Positions 40,421 to 55,185 of a stretch of 64,000 bases of DNA are shown here, piece by piece. The notes under the pieces are model-generated. The model was not told the DNA's origin. It saw only the letters and a program-made list of their open reading frames with translations, and did not search any database. Position 1 is the first letter of the stretch, and every line of letters starts with the position of its first letter. This stretch comes from Chrysomallon squamiferum (taxonomy: Eukaryota > Animalia > Mollusca), in NCBI GenBank assembly GCA_012295275.1, contig CM022666.1, forward strand, positions 5,332,001-5,396,000, written 5' to 3'. The translations under genes and the position numbers were made by a program.

Positions 40421-40970
40421 TGTATATATAAATTGCATGGTATGTACTGCATTCTATTAAACTTTAATAGTGGATACATAAATTACATGGTATATACTGC
40501 AGTCTATTAATCTTTAATACTGGATACATAAATTACATGATACATACTGCAGTCTATTAATTTTTAATACTGGATACATAAATTACATGGTATGTACTGC
40601 ACTCTATTAATCTTTTGTAATGGATACATAAATTACATGGTATGTACTGCACTCTATTAATCTTTAATACTGGATACATAAATTACATGGTATGTACTGC
40701 ACTCTATTAATCTTTAATACTGGATACATAAATTACATGGGATGTACTGCACTCTATTAATCTTTAATACTGGATACATAAATTACATGGTATGTACCGC
40801 AGTCTATTAATCTTTAATACTGGATACATAAATTACATGGTATATACTGCAGTCTATTAATCTTTTATACTGGATACATAAATTACATGGTATATACTGC
40901 AGTCTATTAATCTTTAATACTGGATACATAAATTACATGGTATATACTGCGGTCTATTAATCTTTAACAG
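40421..40970. repeat. 50-bp minisatellite, about 11 units
   Basis: tggatacataaattacatggtatgtactgcactctattaatctttaatac recurs every 50 nt from 40471 to 40921. Only ~3 units at the paralogous 29695-29845; degenerate units at 900-1700 and 44520-44640. Confidence 0.95.
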
Positions 40971-41196
40971 TATATCTCTAGACGTACAAATTACATGGTA
41001 TGTACTGTACTTAATTATATAATATTTAATACTGTCTCCCTGAGAATATAAACTGCATGATATGTAATGTACTGAAATAATACTGTGTATCTGGATGTTT
41101 AAATTATATTATTCTGCAACTTTTGTCTTATTTCCAGTTAAAATATGTTTCACTGTGCATTCTGCAGGTTGCTCTTGTATCAGAAGTATGTTTAAT

Positions 41197-41316
41197 ATGG
41201 AAGTTATTCATACCAATAAGGGTGATATCAAAATCTGTTATGAAGGGTTCGTGTATGCTGCCGTAGAATTTCTTCGTGATATCGAGTGGAACATCAGCCT
41301 AAACCATCAACATTAA
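41197..41316 (+). mobile_element. Second copy of the deleted Mutator-like relic (39-codon ORF)
   Basis: MEVIHTNKGDIKICYEGFVYAAVEFLRDIEWNISLNHQH*; paralogous to 30051-30170. Confidence 0.45.
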
Positions 41317-43965
41317 AATCAAAGAACATTAACAAAATACTCTTACAAAATGTGTTTAAACTATCTTTCATTGCTGGTATATTTCTTAATTGAAAATTGT
41401 GACTTCTTTTCGGGAATAATCATCATCTGCTGAGTGGTAGGTGTAACGGACTCTTGTTTACCAGAAAGATCTGGGGACAGACGTCAAACTGCAAAGTCGG
41501 GAACACGTTGACAAATAACGTGAGTCCCTCTTTCATAAAAGGACCGAGATATTTATTATTATTTTTGTTTTGGTTAGGGTAACGGTCGCTGTCCACTGAA
41601 CGCACTGTGTAACTAGAAATATATATTGCCTTTTACTTTCTTTTCGTTAATGAAATGATATTTATATTATGTGTTAGAGACAGCTGAACTTTAGAAGATA
41701 ATAATATTGTAATTAAAACAAACAGAAAATTAATTTTCCCATAAATTGTTGTTTTATTTCCGATAACGCGTTTTCCTTCAAATCACATTTTGATTGGCTC
41801 TGAGAAAATATAACCTTATCGAGAGAATGAGATGTTTAGAATCAAAAATGAAAACAAAATTAATAATTAAAAGTTGCATAATGATCACAAATAAACTACA
41901 TGCATTTATTGCTGGTTGTTACTGTTGTAGTTCTTGTTATTATTAATATTAACATTGCTGTTGTCGTTCAGAGTTCAGGTGGAAAAAAGCTCAATAAAAC
42001 AACAATAAGAAACAATAATTAACAAAAAAACAAACAATACAAATGTCAGATACTATTAGCCCCCACACACACACACATACGCACTCACACAGTCACACAC
42101 ACACACACACAGTGATCTATTTAAGAATATTGCCCTGAGTTGTTTTTATAATACAAACTACGCCAAGTACCTGTGATCTACAAGCAGGAACAGAAACATG
42201 GAAACACAAACGTAACAACTGACTACTAAGCACAGGTATTTTATCATTTTTGACCAGATATTTATTACTTTTTGTTTAATCACTAACCCTAAATATAGAA
42301 ACAAAAATTTAATCAGAATATCTATCGAATCTGATTTCAAATTCCCTATACAGTACAACAGGTCGAGAAGCTTATCGAGAGAGGATATCAGACAGCTATG
42401 CGGTGTTTTGGAGGGTTGTCAAGTTAATGTAATTATTGGTGTCTGACCAAGCGTTGCGACATCTGAACAGTAATAGCGTGAATGAAGCAGATAGAGAAAT
42501 GAGATATCAATCACACGTTACGTGTACATTTTTCAGCGACGTCATTGTAACAAGGGACTTTACAAACAGCTATTACTAAAAACTGCACCGGTTGAACTAC
42601 TTTAAATATGTGATATGAACATGGTTATATAACAGCAGTATTTAACATACTGTCAAAACAAATTGTCCTTCATAAAATAAAAATTAAAACATGTCACTAA
42701 CTGGTGTATAAGTGAAAAGTGAGTTGAAAAATGATCTCATTAATTTTACTTGATATTTAAAAAAGAAAAGAAAATGATAAATGCAGAACAAGACATTTGT
42801 ACTACATTTAAAGTAACTATCCAAGTAATACAAATTATGAACATGTGACCAGAGGTATCGCTGTAGTCTTTATTTAACAACAATGACAGCAGCAAACAAA
42901 ACTAATTATATGATGATGATGATGATAAATTTAATAGTAGTAGTAGCGGTAGCACTAATATAAATAGTAGGAGTAGTAGAAAGAATAATACTAGTAATCA
43001 TGATTATATAGTAATAATATAGCAGTAGTAATAATGATGTAGATGACAGTGGTAGTAAAGTTAATGATAATTATGATAGTCATAATAAATCAATAATGAT
43101 GATGATGATGATGATGATAGACATAATAAAATTAATAATCATAATATTTACAATTCTGAAATGCTTCTAAAAAGAAAATTCTTATTCTGAGAAAACAAAA
43201 AATACTTTAAATAGATTGCTTATTATGCAAATTGTACATCAAATTTTAAATGTAACGTATATATAAACATTTATTATTCTGATCATTTCAATGCATGAGT
43301 ACATACTGTAAAAAGAAAATCCTGGAGCATCCACTTAACTTGTATTATTCATTATAAACCAATCAATGAACATTTAACTTTCAACAATCACTTTCTATAG
43401 AAAATCAACCATACAAGAACATTCACTGTACACTGAATATTAACTGTACTTGAGCATCCACTATGCAACGAATATCCAGTGTACATAGAACATCTATTGT
43501 AGAAGAATTCATTGTAAATAGAACATCTATTGTACAAGAATATCCATTGCACAATGTGAGTAAAACCTACAATAATAGTAAATAAAACCTGAAGCAGAGT
43601 CCATCTTTTGTGAATGATGAGGATAGTCAGTGATTATTTTGTTAATAAAATGATGATGATGTAGACAATAAAATTATGAATGATGAGGTTGACACTGAAT
43701 TTTTGAATGAGGATCTTGACAGTAAAATTCTGAATAATGATGATGACAGTGAAAATCTTTGTTCTTACTGAATCAGAATATAATATTTTAAAATTTTTTT
43801 TGATTAATTTCTTTTCATGTATCTTTCATTGTCTGATATAATCGCTGGTTTCAAAAAATTATTTTATTTTATGTATCTTTCAAAACTGGATCTGTTAAAA
43901 GATAAAAAAAGATGGAATAAGTTTAGTTCAAATATATATATATATATATATATAAAGAAAGTAAA

Positions 43966-44045
<80 letters not shown>

Positions 44046-44743
44046 GTTTAATTCATTAATAATTAATAAGGATAAGTAATTAAATAATAGTAAATTAAAT
44101 AAAACTGTACACAAAAAATATTCATTAATTAATTTAATAAATAAATAGTTTAACTAATAATGATAACAATAAAGTAACTATAATGATCACAAACAAACAA
44201 ATAAAATAACATTCTTTACAACTGAAATAAAGAGAAAATGAATATTCAAGAGACCATCTTAGACAGAAATAATTTACCTTCTTATGTAGATCCAGTAAAT
44301 TAAGTAAAATATAAAAACAGATAATTAAAATTTAAACAAATATAAGAAAACATTACTTCTGTTAGTGTTTTTAAGAATATTGAACACAATGAGTTATGTA
44401 CAAGTATAATCTGAGTTCTCACATAAACACAACTAAGACAAATGCACTTACAGTTTTAAATTTATATTTGATAAAACTCTCTGTCATGACTGGTTAAGTT
44501 CTTTCATTTTCTACCTATCCCTGGATATATAAATTACATGATAAATACTGTACTCTATTAGTCTTTAATAATGTATTCCTACCTGGATATATAAATTACA
44601 TGGTTTCTACTGTACTGGAATAATACTGTATCCTGGATCTTCAAATTACGTCATTCTGTAACTTTTGTTTCATGTCCAGTTACATATGGATTCAAAAAAG
44701 AAGTATATAAAAATAAATAAATAAACTCACAGATCACACTTAC

Positions 44744-45627
44744 CATATCGTGATGGAGACTCAGTCTTTTGTAACTTTGCTTGGTTAGTACAACCTCTGA
44801 CACGTGTACACCGCCATAAGCAAGGAGGCACACAACTACTGAGACAAGAGCATTTGAGATAAAAAGTGTTTGGACTAACTGGATGAAAAATAAAATTGAA
44901 ACAAAATATTAACTGCCAAAAAATGTCATCAAGAACAACAATTACAATAACAACAATAACAACAACAACAATAGCGGTAAAATCCTTAAAAATATAAATA
45001 ATAATGATGACATTGATATTACAATAACAACAACAACAACGATCATTATTTGAGAAAATGGTCCTTAATACGAAAGAGTTATCAGACAGAAATATTCTCT
45101 GTCTATATACTACTGCACTGATAAATACACTAATATACAAGGATATAAACACACACACAAATACATTTGGAATAAAAAAGACGTCTGTTGGATACATCAA
45201 TAAAATTGAAGTATTCCCAACGATTAACCACACACTGGAATACAGAATTATCTGTCAAACACAAAAATAAAAAAACAAGTATTAAGAGACATTAACCTAC
45301 ACAGTACATAACCATTACATACAAAAAAAACACATAGACAGACACATACACATACCATAAACACAAACAAACACATACAAACACACATACACACAAACAC
45401 CATGTGCATGTGCATGTACATACACACATGCATGCACATACTCACAAACATATATTCACACATTCCAAACCAGTATCCCAAATTTCAACACACACCTGTG
45501 CAGAGACAGGTAAACTTAATGCTCACCTGAATACAGAATTTCTTAACACCTAGTCGAATATCTTCAAACAGAGTTTTAGGTTTTTCAGTTTTCTCTCTAA
45601 ATACGTCATCGTTACCTTCATCATCAG
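44744..45627 (-). pseudogene. Membrane-protein gene fragment, copy 2: intact exons b (45627-45527) and c (44878-44744); truncated exon d near 40005-40100
   Basis: Exon b is 101 nt (gacag|CT GAT GAT GAA...TGT ATT CAG|gtgagc). Exon c is 135 nt (catccag|TTA GTC CAA...CAC GAT ATG|gtaagt), open throughout: LVQTLFISNALVSVVVCLLAYGGVHVSEVVLTKQSYKRLSLHHDM. Confidence 0.7.
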
Positions 45628-45705
45628 CTGTCAAGATGATTCATAGTTTGTATTATAGAAATCCTGTGTGTGTGATAATGTATCCAAATAAATCTTCTCA
45701 ATATT

Positions 45706-45822
<117 letters not shown>

Positions 45823-46201
45823 CTTTACAAAAGTCGAGAATACCTGAAAACTATTTAACACAACGTAAAAACAAAGTTTAGTTTTCAACAGGATAACGTA
45901 AAGAGTATTTCAGAGAGATACTACTAATTGTAACAGAATTGATTATAATTATAAATACTCTACAGCTGATTTAGTGCACTATAAATAAATAAATAAATAA
46001 GTAAAAGGCGAACAAAGGTATTCACTGTTCGATGTGTGTGTGTGAGTACGTGCGTTTGAGTGAGACACAGAGTCAGAGTACAGAGTTCGAGAAAGATACG
46101 AAATGTTTTCAATTTGGAAAACAAACAGAGCAAATCAAAAGTTTTTAATAAATTTTATTTTTATTGTTATTAATTTTATTCAACGTTATTACTAATATTA
46201 C

Positions 46202-46267
<66 letters not shown>

Positions 46268-46615
46268 CATTATTATTATTATTTATTTTTTATTTATTTA
46301 TTGATTTATTTATTTATATGATTTGTTGTTTGTTTATTTCAGAGGTTTTTTACGTAACTATTGGAATAGTTTCAGGAACAGTTGTGTTAGTTATAGACAT
46401 TGGTATCTACTGCTGGTGGAATGTGTAAGTGTTGTTTAATCACAAGTTATTATATGTACATAAAGAGAATGAGCTGTGACCGGGCAGTGGTATCATATAC
46501 TACTGTTTTTTTCACGATGAATGCTCTGATAATTTATGTGTAAATTATTTCGTTATTCTTAATAATAAATTATATTTTCTTTATAAAACTGCAGCCAATA
46601 TACGTAATAGAAACA

Positions 46616-46723
<108 letters not shown>

Positions 46724-46976
46724 ATACATATACTAGTACTAATAAAGGGAGACAATTTACATAGATTACACAGACAAACAACGGAACTGGGGAAAGACTG
46801 GATGGGCAGAGAAAGAGACAGAAATAAAAATAAAAATAATTACCAATATTTTAAAATACGTTTAATATTTGTATTTCATTTAATCGAATTTTCTTAGTAG
46901 CTCCAACGATATGTACTGAGTATCATCATCATCATCACTGTCATTATTGTTATTGTTATTATTATTATTATTTTTA

Positions 46977-47034
<58 letters not shown>

Positions 47035-47255
47035 GTTGTTGTTGTTGTTGTTATTATTATTTCTTTTTTTCAGAGAAGTCTATCCGTCTGTTAGTTTTCG
47101 AAACTTTTCCTATGAAGCAAGCGTTTGAAGAAAAGATGTGTGATAATCAGATAAATGACTGTAATATATTTTATTTTCCATTTAGTTATTAAAAAGTTAT
47201 TTTTGTTGTACTGTTTATTTATTTATTATATACATCAATATTAAGTAGATTAAGC

Positions 47256-47294
<39 letters not shown>

Positions 47295-49625
47295 CAATTA
47301 TTCCTGGCTTTTTTTCAAAACAGAGTAGCGTTCGTTGTTTTCCTGAGTAGAATTTTATCTTACGATATATATCTATGTGGTCTTTAACAGTAAATATGGG
47401 ATCATTAAAAATGTTGATTAAAAATGTATTTAGTGACGTCTTTAAATTAAAAAACACAGTAATCATATTAATAAACTACGAGTAGTATAATAATTTACAT
47501 AATATTTACTACATTAGGAATACAAGCGAATCCTGTAACCAATCACGTATTTTTTGACAGCAGTGTGTAAATTTCATTCTACGTTGGTGATATTTCTATC
47601 TCATATAAACGTAAATACAACGTTATTGACACTTCAGAGATAATAAAAACTGAAATTATTAAAACAATTCTTATTTAAAAAGCAGAGAACAACGTCTGAT
47701 GAAATGCATGATTATATACATAAATTATGTTAATTAATAACTTCCTGTCACTTCTCCGCGCATGCCTCTTTACAAATACTTGCAGATGTAGGATTAGTTT
47801 TGGGACAGCTTTTGTTTTTTCAGCGGATATGACTACAGAAATATTGCTTCACAAAAAGTAGACGCGGTTCTTTCTTCTTATTTCCATAACTTTAAAATGC
47901 ACGAAATACTACTCCTTATGGGTTTGCTCAGACAGCCTGAAAACGGAACCATTTTCGTTGTCTACGCTATATTGGCTAAAACAGGGCGTTGAATCGGGGA
48001 TAAATATTAGTGAAACAAACCAGTTTTTCATACATTTTATTTACGGTTTGCACATAATTTTCCAAAACTTTTAATGTCCTTGAAAACTCTGACGAATTTC
48101 TAAAACTTTCTAAGACTTTCCAAAACGCATACGAACTTGTATATAATAGTATAACATTCAGGTTATTCCAGAAAACAATCAGTATGTATGTCAAGGTAAC
48201 TGTATCAAAGAGAATAAAGGGAACCATCACATGATTTCAATTTAGCTTAATTGAATCCGTGCGCATGTGTATTAACAATAGTTAGGGCATGCTGGAACCT
48301 AGAAAAGACACTGACATGCGCAGTTCAGTTAGTTACGCGTTAAAATGGAGGTGTACAGGTAAGACAATTTTAATATGTAAGGTTATTCAACTTACTGGAT
48401 AAACAGGATTAAGTTGGGTAAATGTGCATTGTGGAACATCTACAAAGTCATTTTATACGTACATGCTATTTTGTCAGTTTAGTTAATTTTTGCAGTTAAT
48501 TGTTGAACTAATCAGAGCAGAGATCAACGGGAAACACACACACACACACACACAAACACACATACACACTTTTAAAACAAACTTATGAATGGGTGCATTG
48601 TGTTGCAAATGGCGTTCGTGACCTAGTAACTCCTTTCTTAATGGACCGACCTAAACTAATAATAATAATAATAGTAATAAAGGTATCGGTGTTCTTATTC
48701 ATTTTCAACAACTGTAACAACAATATATTTATTTATTTATAACAATAATAATTCATTCATAGTTTCTAAATCCGTCTATTAATAATTCGGTTGACAACTT
48801 CAACTAGTGACCTGACAACTATTTATAGCTTGGTGGAAAGCCCACTTCCCGAACAAAATTAATATTCATTACTTCTCGTAAATGTTCAAGGTAACAAGCA
48901 AACACATCTTGTTAAAATGTTGTTATTTAAATACTGGCAACTGTCCATAGAATTGTATTAGTGTCAAAAACGTTTTAAATAAAAATACAAATGTGTGTGT
49001 GTGTGAAAATGGTAATAAATAAAGTAATAAAGTAATAGTAGTAACAACAATTATATGCAATAATTAAAAACAATAGCATGACTTTAAGTATAAGCTGATG
49101 AAGTTACGCTGCTGATTTGGATTAAATAACAAACATTTGTCTTTAAATTTGAAAAAAAAACAATATTATCTATTATGTTTTTATAAATTATATTTTATTC
49201 ACACTTTCTGGATCTGTCTATTAGTACAGTAGTAGTGACTGAATGGGACAGTCTCAGCGTCACTGTTAATATAATATACTGCTATTCAAATCACACGCAT
49301 TGGCAACAATTATATAATCATTCTGAATCATATTCCAGTGGCATAATTAATTATTAATGAAAGAATTATAAAAATAAATTAAAAATGTTAGATATACCAA
49401 CATCACAAATCAAAAACAAGTTATAATAATAATAATAATAATAATAATAGTAATAATAATAATAATAACATTGAAGGCTATAAAGATAGATCAGTGTATG
49501 TCTGATATAAACGTTTCAAGATAATGTTACGATAAAAGGTTAGTTTGATATATAGAAATCGACGAGTTCTGTCTTTCTGTCAGAATACAGAAAATTAAAT
49601 TATAAAATATTGATAAGTTAACAAC

Positions 49626-51574
49626 TCAGGCCCTAAAGTAAAACAATCTCAAAGCATATACAGTTTTACAGCATATACAGCCAAAGTAGGTTGTCTCAGG
49701 ATCTCTCAAAATTCTGTTCACAAGTGATGTTCTCACCACTACAGTGTCATTGGCTTTCAGGTAGTAAACAGCTCCAATGTAGGAAGGAACACAACGTTCA
49801 TTGTCTCCTCGTACTTTGCATGTTGTTTGATAATTTGTGTAGAGAATTTCATAATTTGGATATTTTTCAATTGATTGAGACAGTCCATAGTATTCAGGCT
49901 CTGTGAATTGGTTGGCATGGAATAAAACGTTGCTGTATACGAAGTAGTAAGCAGAGTGTTTGACTTGAATCCCGTCAGTGACAACAGCCACACCTCCTTT
50001 CACAAACGATCTTTTACCAGACGACGTCCATTTGATGAGAGGCTTCGGTGTGTCTGAAAAGTTTGTTAGAAGAAATGACTTTTAAATAATATTTTTATTT
50101 TAAATTATCAACAGTTATAGAAATATATTAGTAATATTAACTACAACTACTACAAACTCCTGCTATTATCTACTTTAGTACCATCATTGATATTTTCACT
50201 AGTAACGTGCTAATGCAATTGTTATCACAATTTCTTCTATTATTTCCTAACCACTACTAATAACTATGTGCATACTACTATAACTACCTTTGCCAGACCA
50301 ACGTTTTAAGTAACTACTACTATTACTTCTATTTTACTACTGCTACTTTTATAACGAAATCATTCTCTTTTACTACTAGTACAATACTACTACTACTACT
50401 ACTACTACTACTCTACTACTACTACTCTACTACTACTACTACTACTATTACTTCTAGTACAACTAGTACTAATATTTATCTTACTTTTGTCATATGTTGC
50501 ATTCACTTCCATTTGTAGATGAGCCGATGTCTTCACATTCTTTTTGTTATTCAGACGTTCAGCGACCTCTCTGATCTGTTTAAGGTTTTGTTCTGAAATA
50601 TATATATATATATATATACGGACACATAGACTAATGATACATGTATAAATATATAGATTACATACATACACTGTTTTTATATAGATTCAAAAACTGATTT
50701 TATAGTTTCTAAATTCAAAAGATCAGTGACGTCTCACACACTTATACTTATTTACATACACTTGTACATGTTTACATACATAGAATAAAGCATGTAAATG
50801 CAAATACATAATTATAAAACCTTTTCTGGATATTTAAATATGTGTGCCTGAGTGTTTCTGTTTGTGTGTGGGTCTTTTTCTGTATGTTTGTCTGTCTGTG
50901 TTTGTGTATGTATGTGTTTGTGACTTTTCTTGTATATTTGTGTTTCTGCGACTTTGTGTTTTTACGTATGTCTGAGAGTGTGTGTGTGTCTGTTAACTTA
51001 CCACTTTTCTCAGCTTTTGTATGACTTTCACTCAGTTTCTAAAAAGAATAACCAATTTGAAACTAGTCCACAATAATCAGTTTTAAATTTATAAATATTT
51101 TTCAGCACTATTAATTTCTCCTTTTCATAATTCAAATATTATTATTTCATTTATAATGAATTTAGCTTTTTATTAATTTTATAGACAATTAGTCTCTTTC
51201 TTAATTTCATATCTACAGAAAACATATTTTTTTTTTTTATTTAATGTATTTATGGAATATAAGTTTTTAGAACTAAATACAGAATTTACCTTTTTCATAA
51301 TTTCACTGATCACTTTTTCTCCATCTCTGTAACAGCAATACGTGGTATTGTTCCTGGTTCTGGTCGTAGATTTGTCATCACAACAGTTTTCTCCTGGTTT
51401 GCATGAGATTTTCACACACAGTTCCTGGTCAACCAACAGACTGGTTTCTCTATTCAGATATTCGTTTAATGTTACAGATAAAATGAAACTGATGAGTATG
51501 AAGTTTAGTACCATAAGAGAAATGGCAATGACTGGACGAATTGGTACCATTTTGTGTAACAACTTATATTTCAT
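49626..51574 (-). CDS. TNF-superfamily ligand, copy D, with altered C-terminus (coding exons 51574 or 51550-51290, 51038-51002, 50592-50485, 50053-49626)
   Basis: Same exon structure. A 1-bp deletion at 49680/49681 (plus strand cagccaaag versus caggccaaag in A-C) changes YFGLYML* to YFGCICCKTVYALRLFYFRA*. An extra in-frame ATG at 51574 adds MKYKLLHK. Could be a pseudogene, a variant or a consensus error. Confidence 0.8.
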
Positions 51575-53114
51575 TCAGAAGTAGTCTGTAAAACCTGACG
51601 AAAAGAAGAAAAGAATATTATTAGTAATAAATAATACCAAGATAAATACACACACACGCGCACCCGTACACAGTCTCAATATGCACACACCTATACTGAT
51701 TCTGCCACACTCGGAGTTACTCCCCTACTCTCGTTATCTACAGAATCGCCAAACAAAGCCTCTGTTAAAATTTCTCTGGTTTGCTCTGTCTTGTTTGACT
51801 GGGCAGTTGAAATGTTTGTTATGAATATTTACAATTCTAGTAGCTCAGCCCTCTTGGCTCTTTTGATAAACGTTACACTAGGATTGTTCAATGTATCTTA
51901 ATCCATAATAATTTCTCCGTTTTGACTTATTTAATTTAATTATTTATTATTTTGTTGTGTTGTGTTTTTTCAGGTGGATATAAACATAAATTAGCTGTCA
52001 TTAAACTGAGAAAATACTCAATACATCTAAAGAAATAATTCCATAAGAATTTTAGAAAACGAGCCCCAAATTAATTATTTGAAAAATGCCGGACGAGAGC
52101 CCCAACTTTTATGTTCCTGTCACGTGGCTCACATCTTTAAACACCTTGTATGTTTTATTATGACTCAGTCTAGGGTAACAATGTGTTTTACTGGCCTCCT
52201 AACAAAGAATATAAACGCTAAATTGACAGCAATCTCTATAAATCAATAAGTCCATCTACTCACTAGAGAAATAAACACAACACCAGTTACGGTTCACGTT
52301 AATTATTTAATTATGATATACAGGTGACTTGATAATAATACATTAAACAATCATAAAACATACGTTTAAGTTATTCTGATTAATGATACGAGTACGGTCA
52401 TACGGGGAAAGAAGACAAAATATTGGTTTCCCCGCCTGACTGATATTTCGTCTTGATTGCTTACGTCTCTCTTTAATTACCTTTGAACCTGGAACCTTGA
52501 ATAAAATTAACGTGGTAATCAGAGCAAGCACGTCTACGACAGGCACGCTTTCTGACACGTCAGCAGTACTTTAATTACCGAATGAATGAATGAAAAAAAA
52601 AATAACGTGCTAATCAGAGCTAGCTGTTGTGAAGCACGTCTATAATTACCAAAATGCAGCCTTTTTATAACAACGCCATGGAGTTGAAAAATTAGCGGAA
52701 ACAATAAAAGGAGCGGATGTTATTGTAGTAATAATTAAAGTTACGCAATTTCAATTCCATAACTTAAATATGAAAGAGCGGATATCATTTGAAGTGACAA
52801 TTAAAGTTACGCAATCTGAATTCATCGTTTAAAAATAAAAGGAGCGGAGCTCTGATTGAAGTAACAAATTTGAATTCCGTGACTTTCTTAACCGCGATAT
52901 TCAGTTTTTTCAAGTTGGTGTAATATCACATAATGTTATACAAATGAAATAGTGAAATTGTAAGTGAAATTATAATTTTATATAAATATAGATAACCTAT
53001 GAAATAAGTGAAATTATAATTTTATATAAATATATATAATTTATGAATTAAGTGAAATTATAATTTTGTATAAATATATATAACCTATGAAATAAGTGAA
53101 AACATTTTACATAC

Positions 53115-53300
53115 CTAAATGATGAAATCAAGCACTTCAACGCCAAGTACGCTCTCTCTGCCGTGAAGTGGAAAACAAAATTAACGTGCTATTCAGAGCA
53201 AGCTGTTGTGAATCACGTCTAAGACGGGCACGCTATCTGACAGGTCAGCTCTCTGACTGAACTGACAGAAGTCGCTGATTTTTATACCTGCGACTTTTGA
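53115..53300 (-). promoter_or_regulatory. Putative promoter and non-coding first exon of TNF copy D
   Basis: Donor AG|GTATGT at 53115/53114 next to the same AT minisatellite as in C; TATAAAAA at 53279-53286 within a block homologous to 21278-21310. Confidence 0.45.
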
Positions 53301-54469
53301 AAAGATCGTATCGTATTGTCTATTGAGGATTCAATAACCGACAAGTAGGTTGTTATTGTTGTAGTTCTTCTTATTATTATTAATATCAAGATAAAAGCAG
53401 AGTCGGCAACCTTTTGAGAGAGGAGGCCAGTCATGCATGTAGTGTTTACAAATGAAGTAGACAGACAATTAATATATCGTGACAATCACAGCTTACATCA
53501 ACATTTCACAGCCATGACGTCATTGTAGGTAATAGGGACTCAGGGAAAATTCGAGGGCCGTGCATTGTTTTTATCAGCTGAGTCACTTAGCAAAAAACTG
53601 TTTATAAACACTGCTCGGGTAGAATTACTTTTAAAGATAATGAATGCACTGGAGTTCATACGAAAAGTGTCCAGTTAACAACTATTGTTACTGTCGGGTT
53701 TTCTGATCAGCAACTCAAATAGACATTGAAGACTGCATAATTATTAAAACTTAATCATGATATGTGTGTGTGAATGTTAACATATGTAGGTGTATCTATA
53801 TAAGTATGTGATATGTACATGGTTATATACCAGAAATATTTAACATACTGTCTATAAAGTACACAAATTATGCTTCATAAAATAAAACTTAAATCATGTC
53901 ACTGACTGGTGTATAAGTGAAAAGTCAGTTGAAAAATATTCTCATTAATTTTACTTAATATTTAAAAAAGAAAAGAAAAACAAAAGAAGAATAATAGCAG
54001 CAGCAGCACTAATATAAATGGTAGGAGTAGTAGAAAGAATAATACTAGTAATCATGATTATATAATAATAATATAGGAGTAGCAATAATGATGAAGATGA
54101 CAGTGGTAATAAAGTAAATGATAATTATGATAGTCATAATAAAATGAATAATGATGATGATGATAATAGTGAAAATAAAATTAATAGCCATAATATTTAT
54201 GATTCTGGAATGCTTCTAAAAAGAAAAGTGTTATTGTGATAAAACAAAAACAAATGCTTTAAATATATTGTTTACTATGCAGATTTTACATGAAATTTTA
54301 AATGTAACATATATAGAAATATTTATTACTCTGGTAATTTCAATGCATGAGTATATACTGTATAAAGAACACTTAACTTGTCTTACTCATTACTCATTTA
54401 ACTTTCATCAGTCAATTTATATTGAAAACCAGTAATATTTGATTATTTATTCGCTGAATACAGCACACA

Positions 54470-54610
<141 letters not shown>

Positions 54611-54618
54611 GTAATCAC

Positions 54619-54935
54619 CTTTTATAAAACTTGGGCCACACTGGATTAAGCTGACATCCAGTCGCTGAGATGACGTACTCCCGCTGCTGTTTGCTTCCCT
54701 CTACAGTGCAGTTGATGTCCATGCCGAGGTTGACCAAGTAGGTGCAGTACGTCTCATCGTGTACAAACTGCAGTGTTGTCAGCTGCTGCTGGTGTAGTTG
54801 CAGTGCTCGTTCATGACGTTCTATATACGCTGTCATCCAGCTCTGGTACAAAGGAAGTTCCACTGTGTTTATTTGTTCTGCATGAGAAACAAGTCGACTG
54901 TTGATCATTTCAGCTTGGAGGTCTATGAATCCGTT
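54619..54935 (-). pseudogene. Membrane-protein gene fragment, copy 3: full-length 317-nt exon d
   Basis: tttcag|AAC GGA TTC ATA GAC CTC CAA GCT GAA ATG...TTT TAT AAA AG|gtgatt; 105 open codons at high GC in an AT-rich background. Its 5' end recurs, truncated, near 731-799, 29000-29075 and 40005-40100. Confidence 0.7.
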
Positions 54936-55185
54936 CTGAAATTTAAAAAATATATATATTCAAATACACTGTATATTATACATCACAGTATGTCAATTTT
55001 ATAATATCATATACTGAATACATGATATTTGCTATAGTGAATCTTTAATATTATGTCCTGTGATTTGTAAATTTAATCTTTGATCTTTAAGGTTGCCGTA
55101 CTGGAATAATACTGTATCACTTGGTATATAAATTACATGGTATGTACTGAACTGTATTAATCTTTAAGGTCTATGAATCCTTCTG

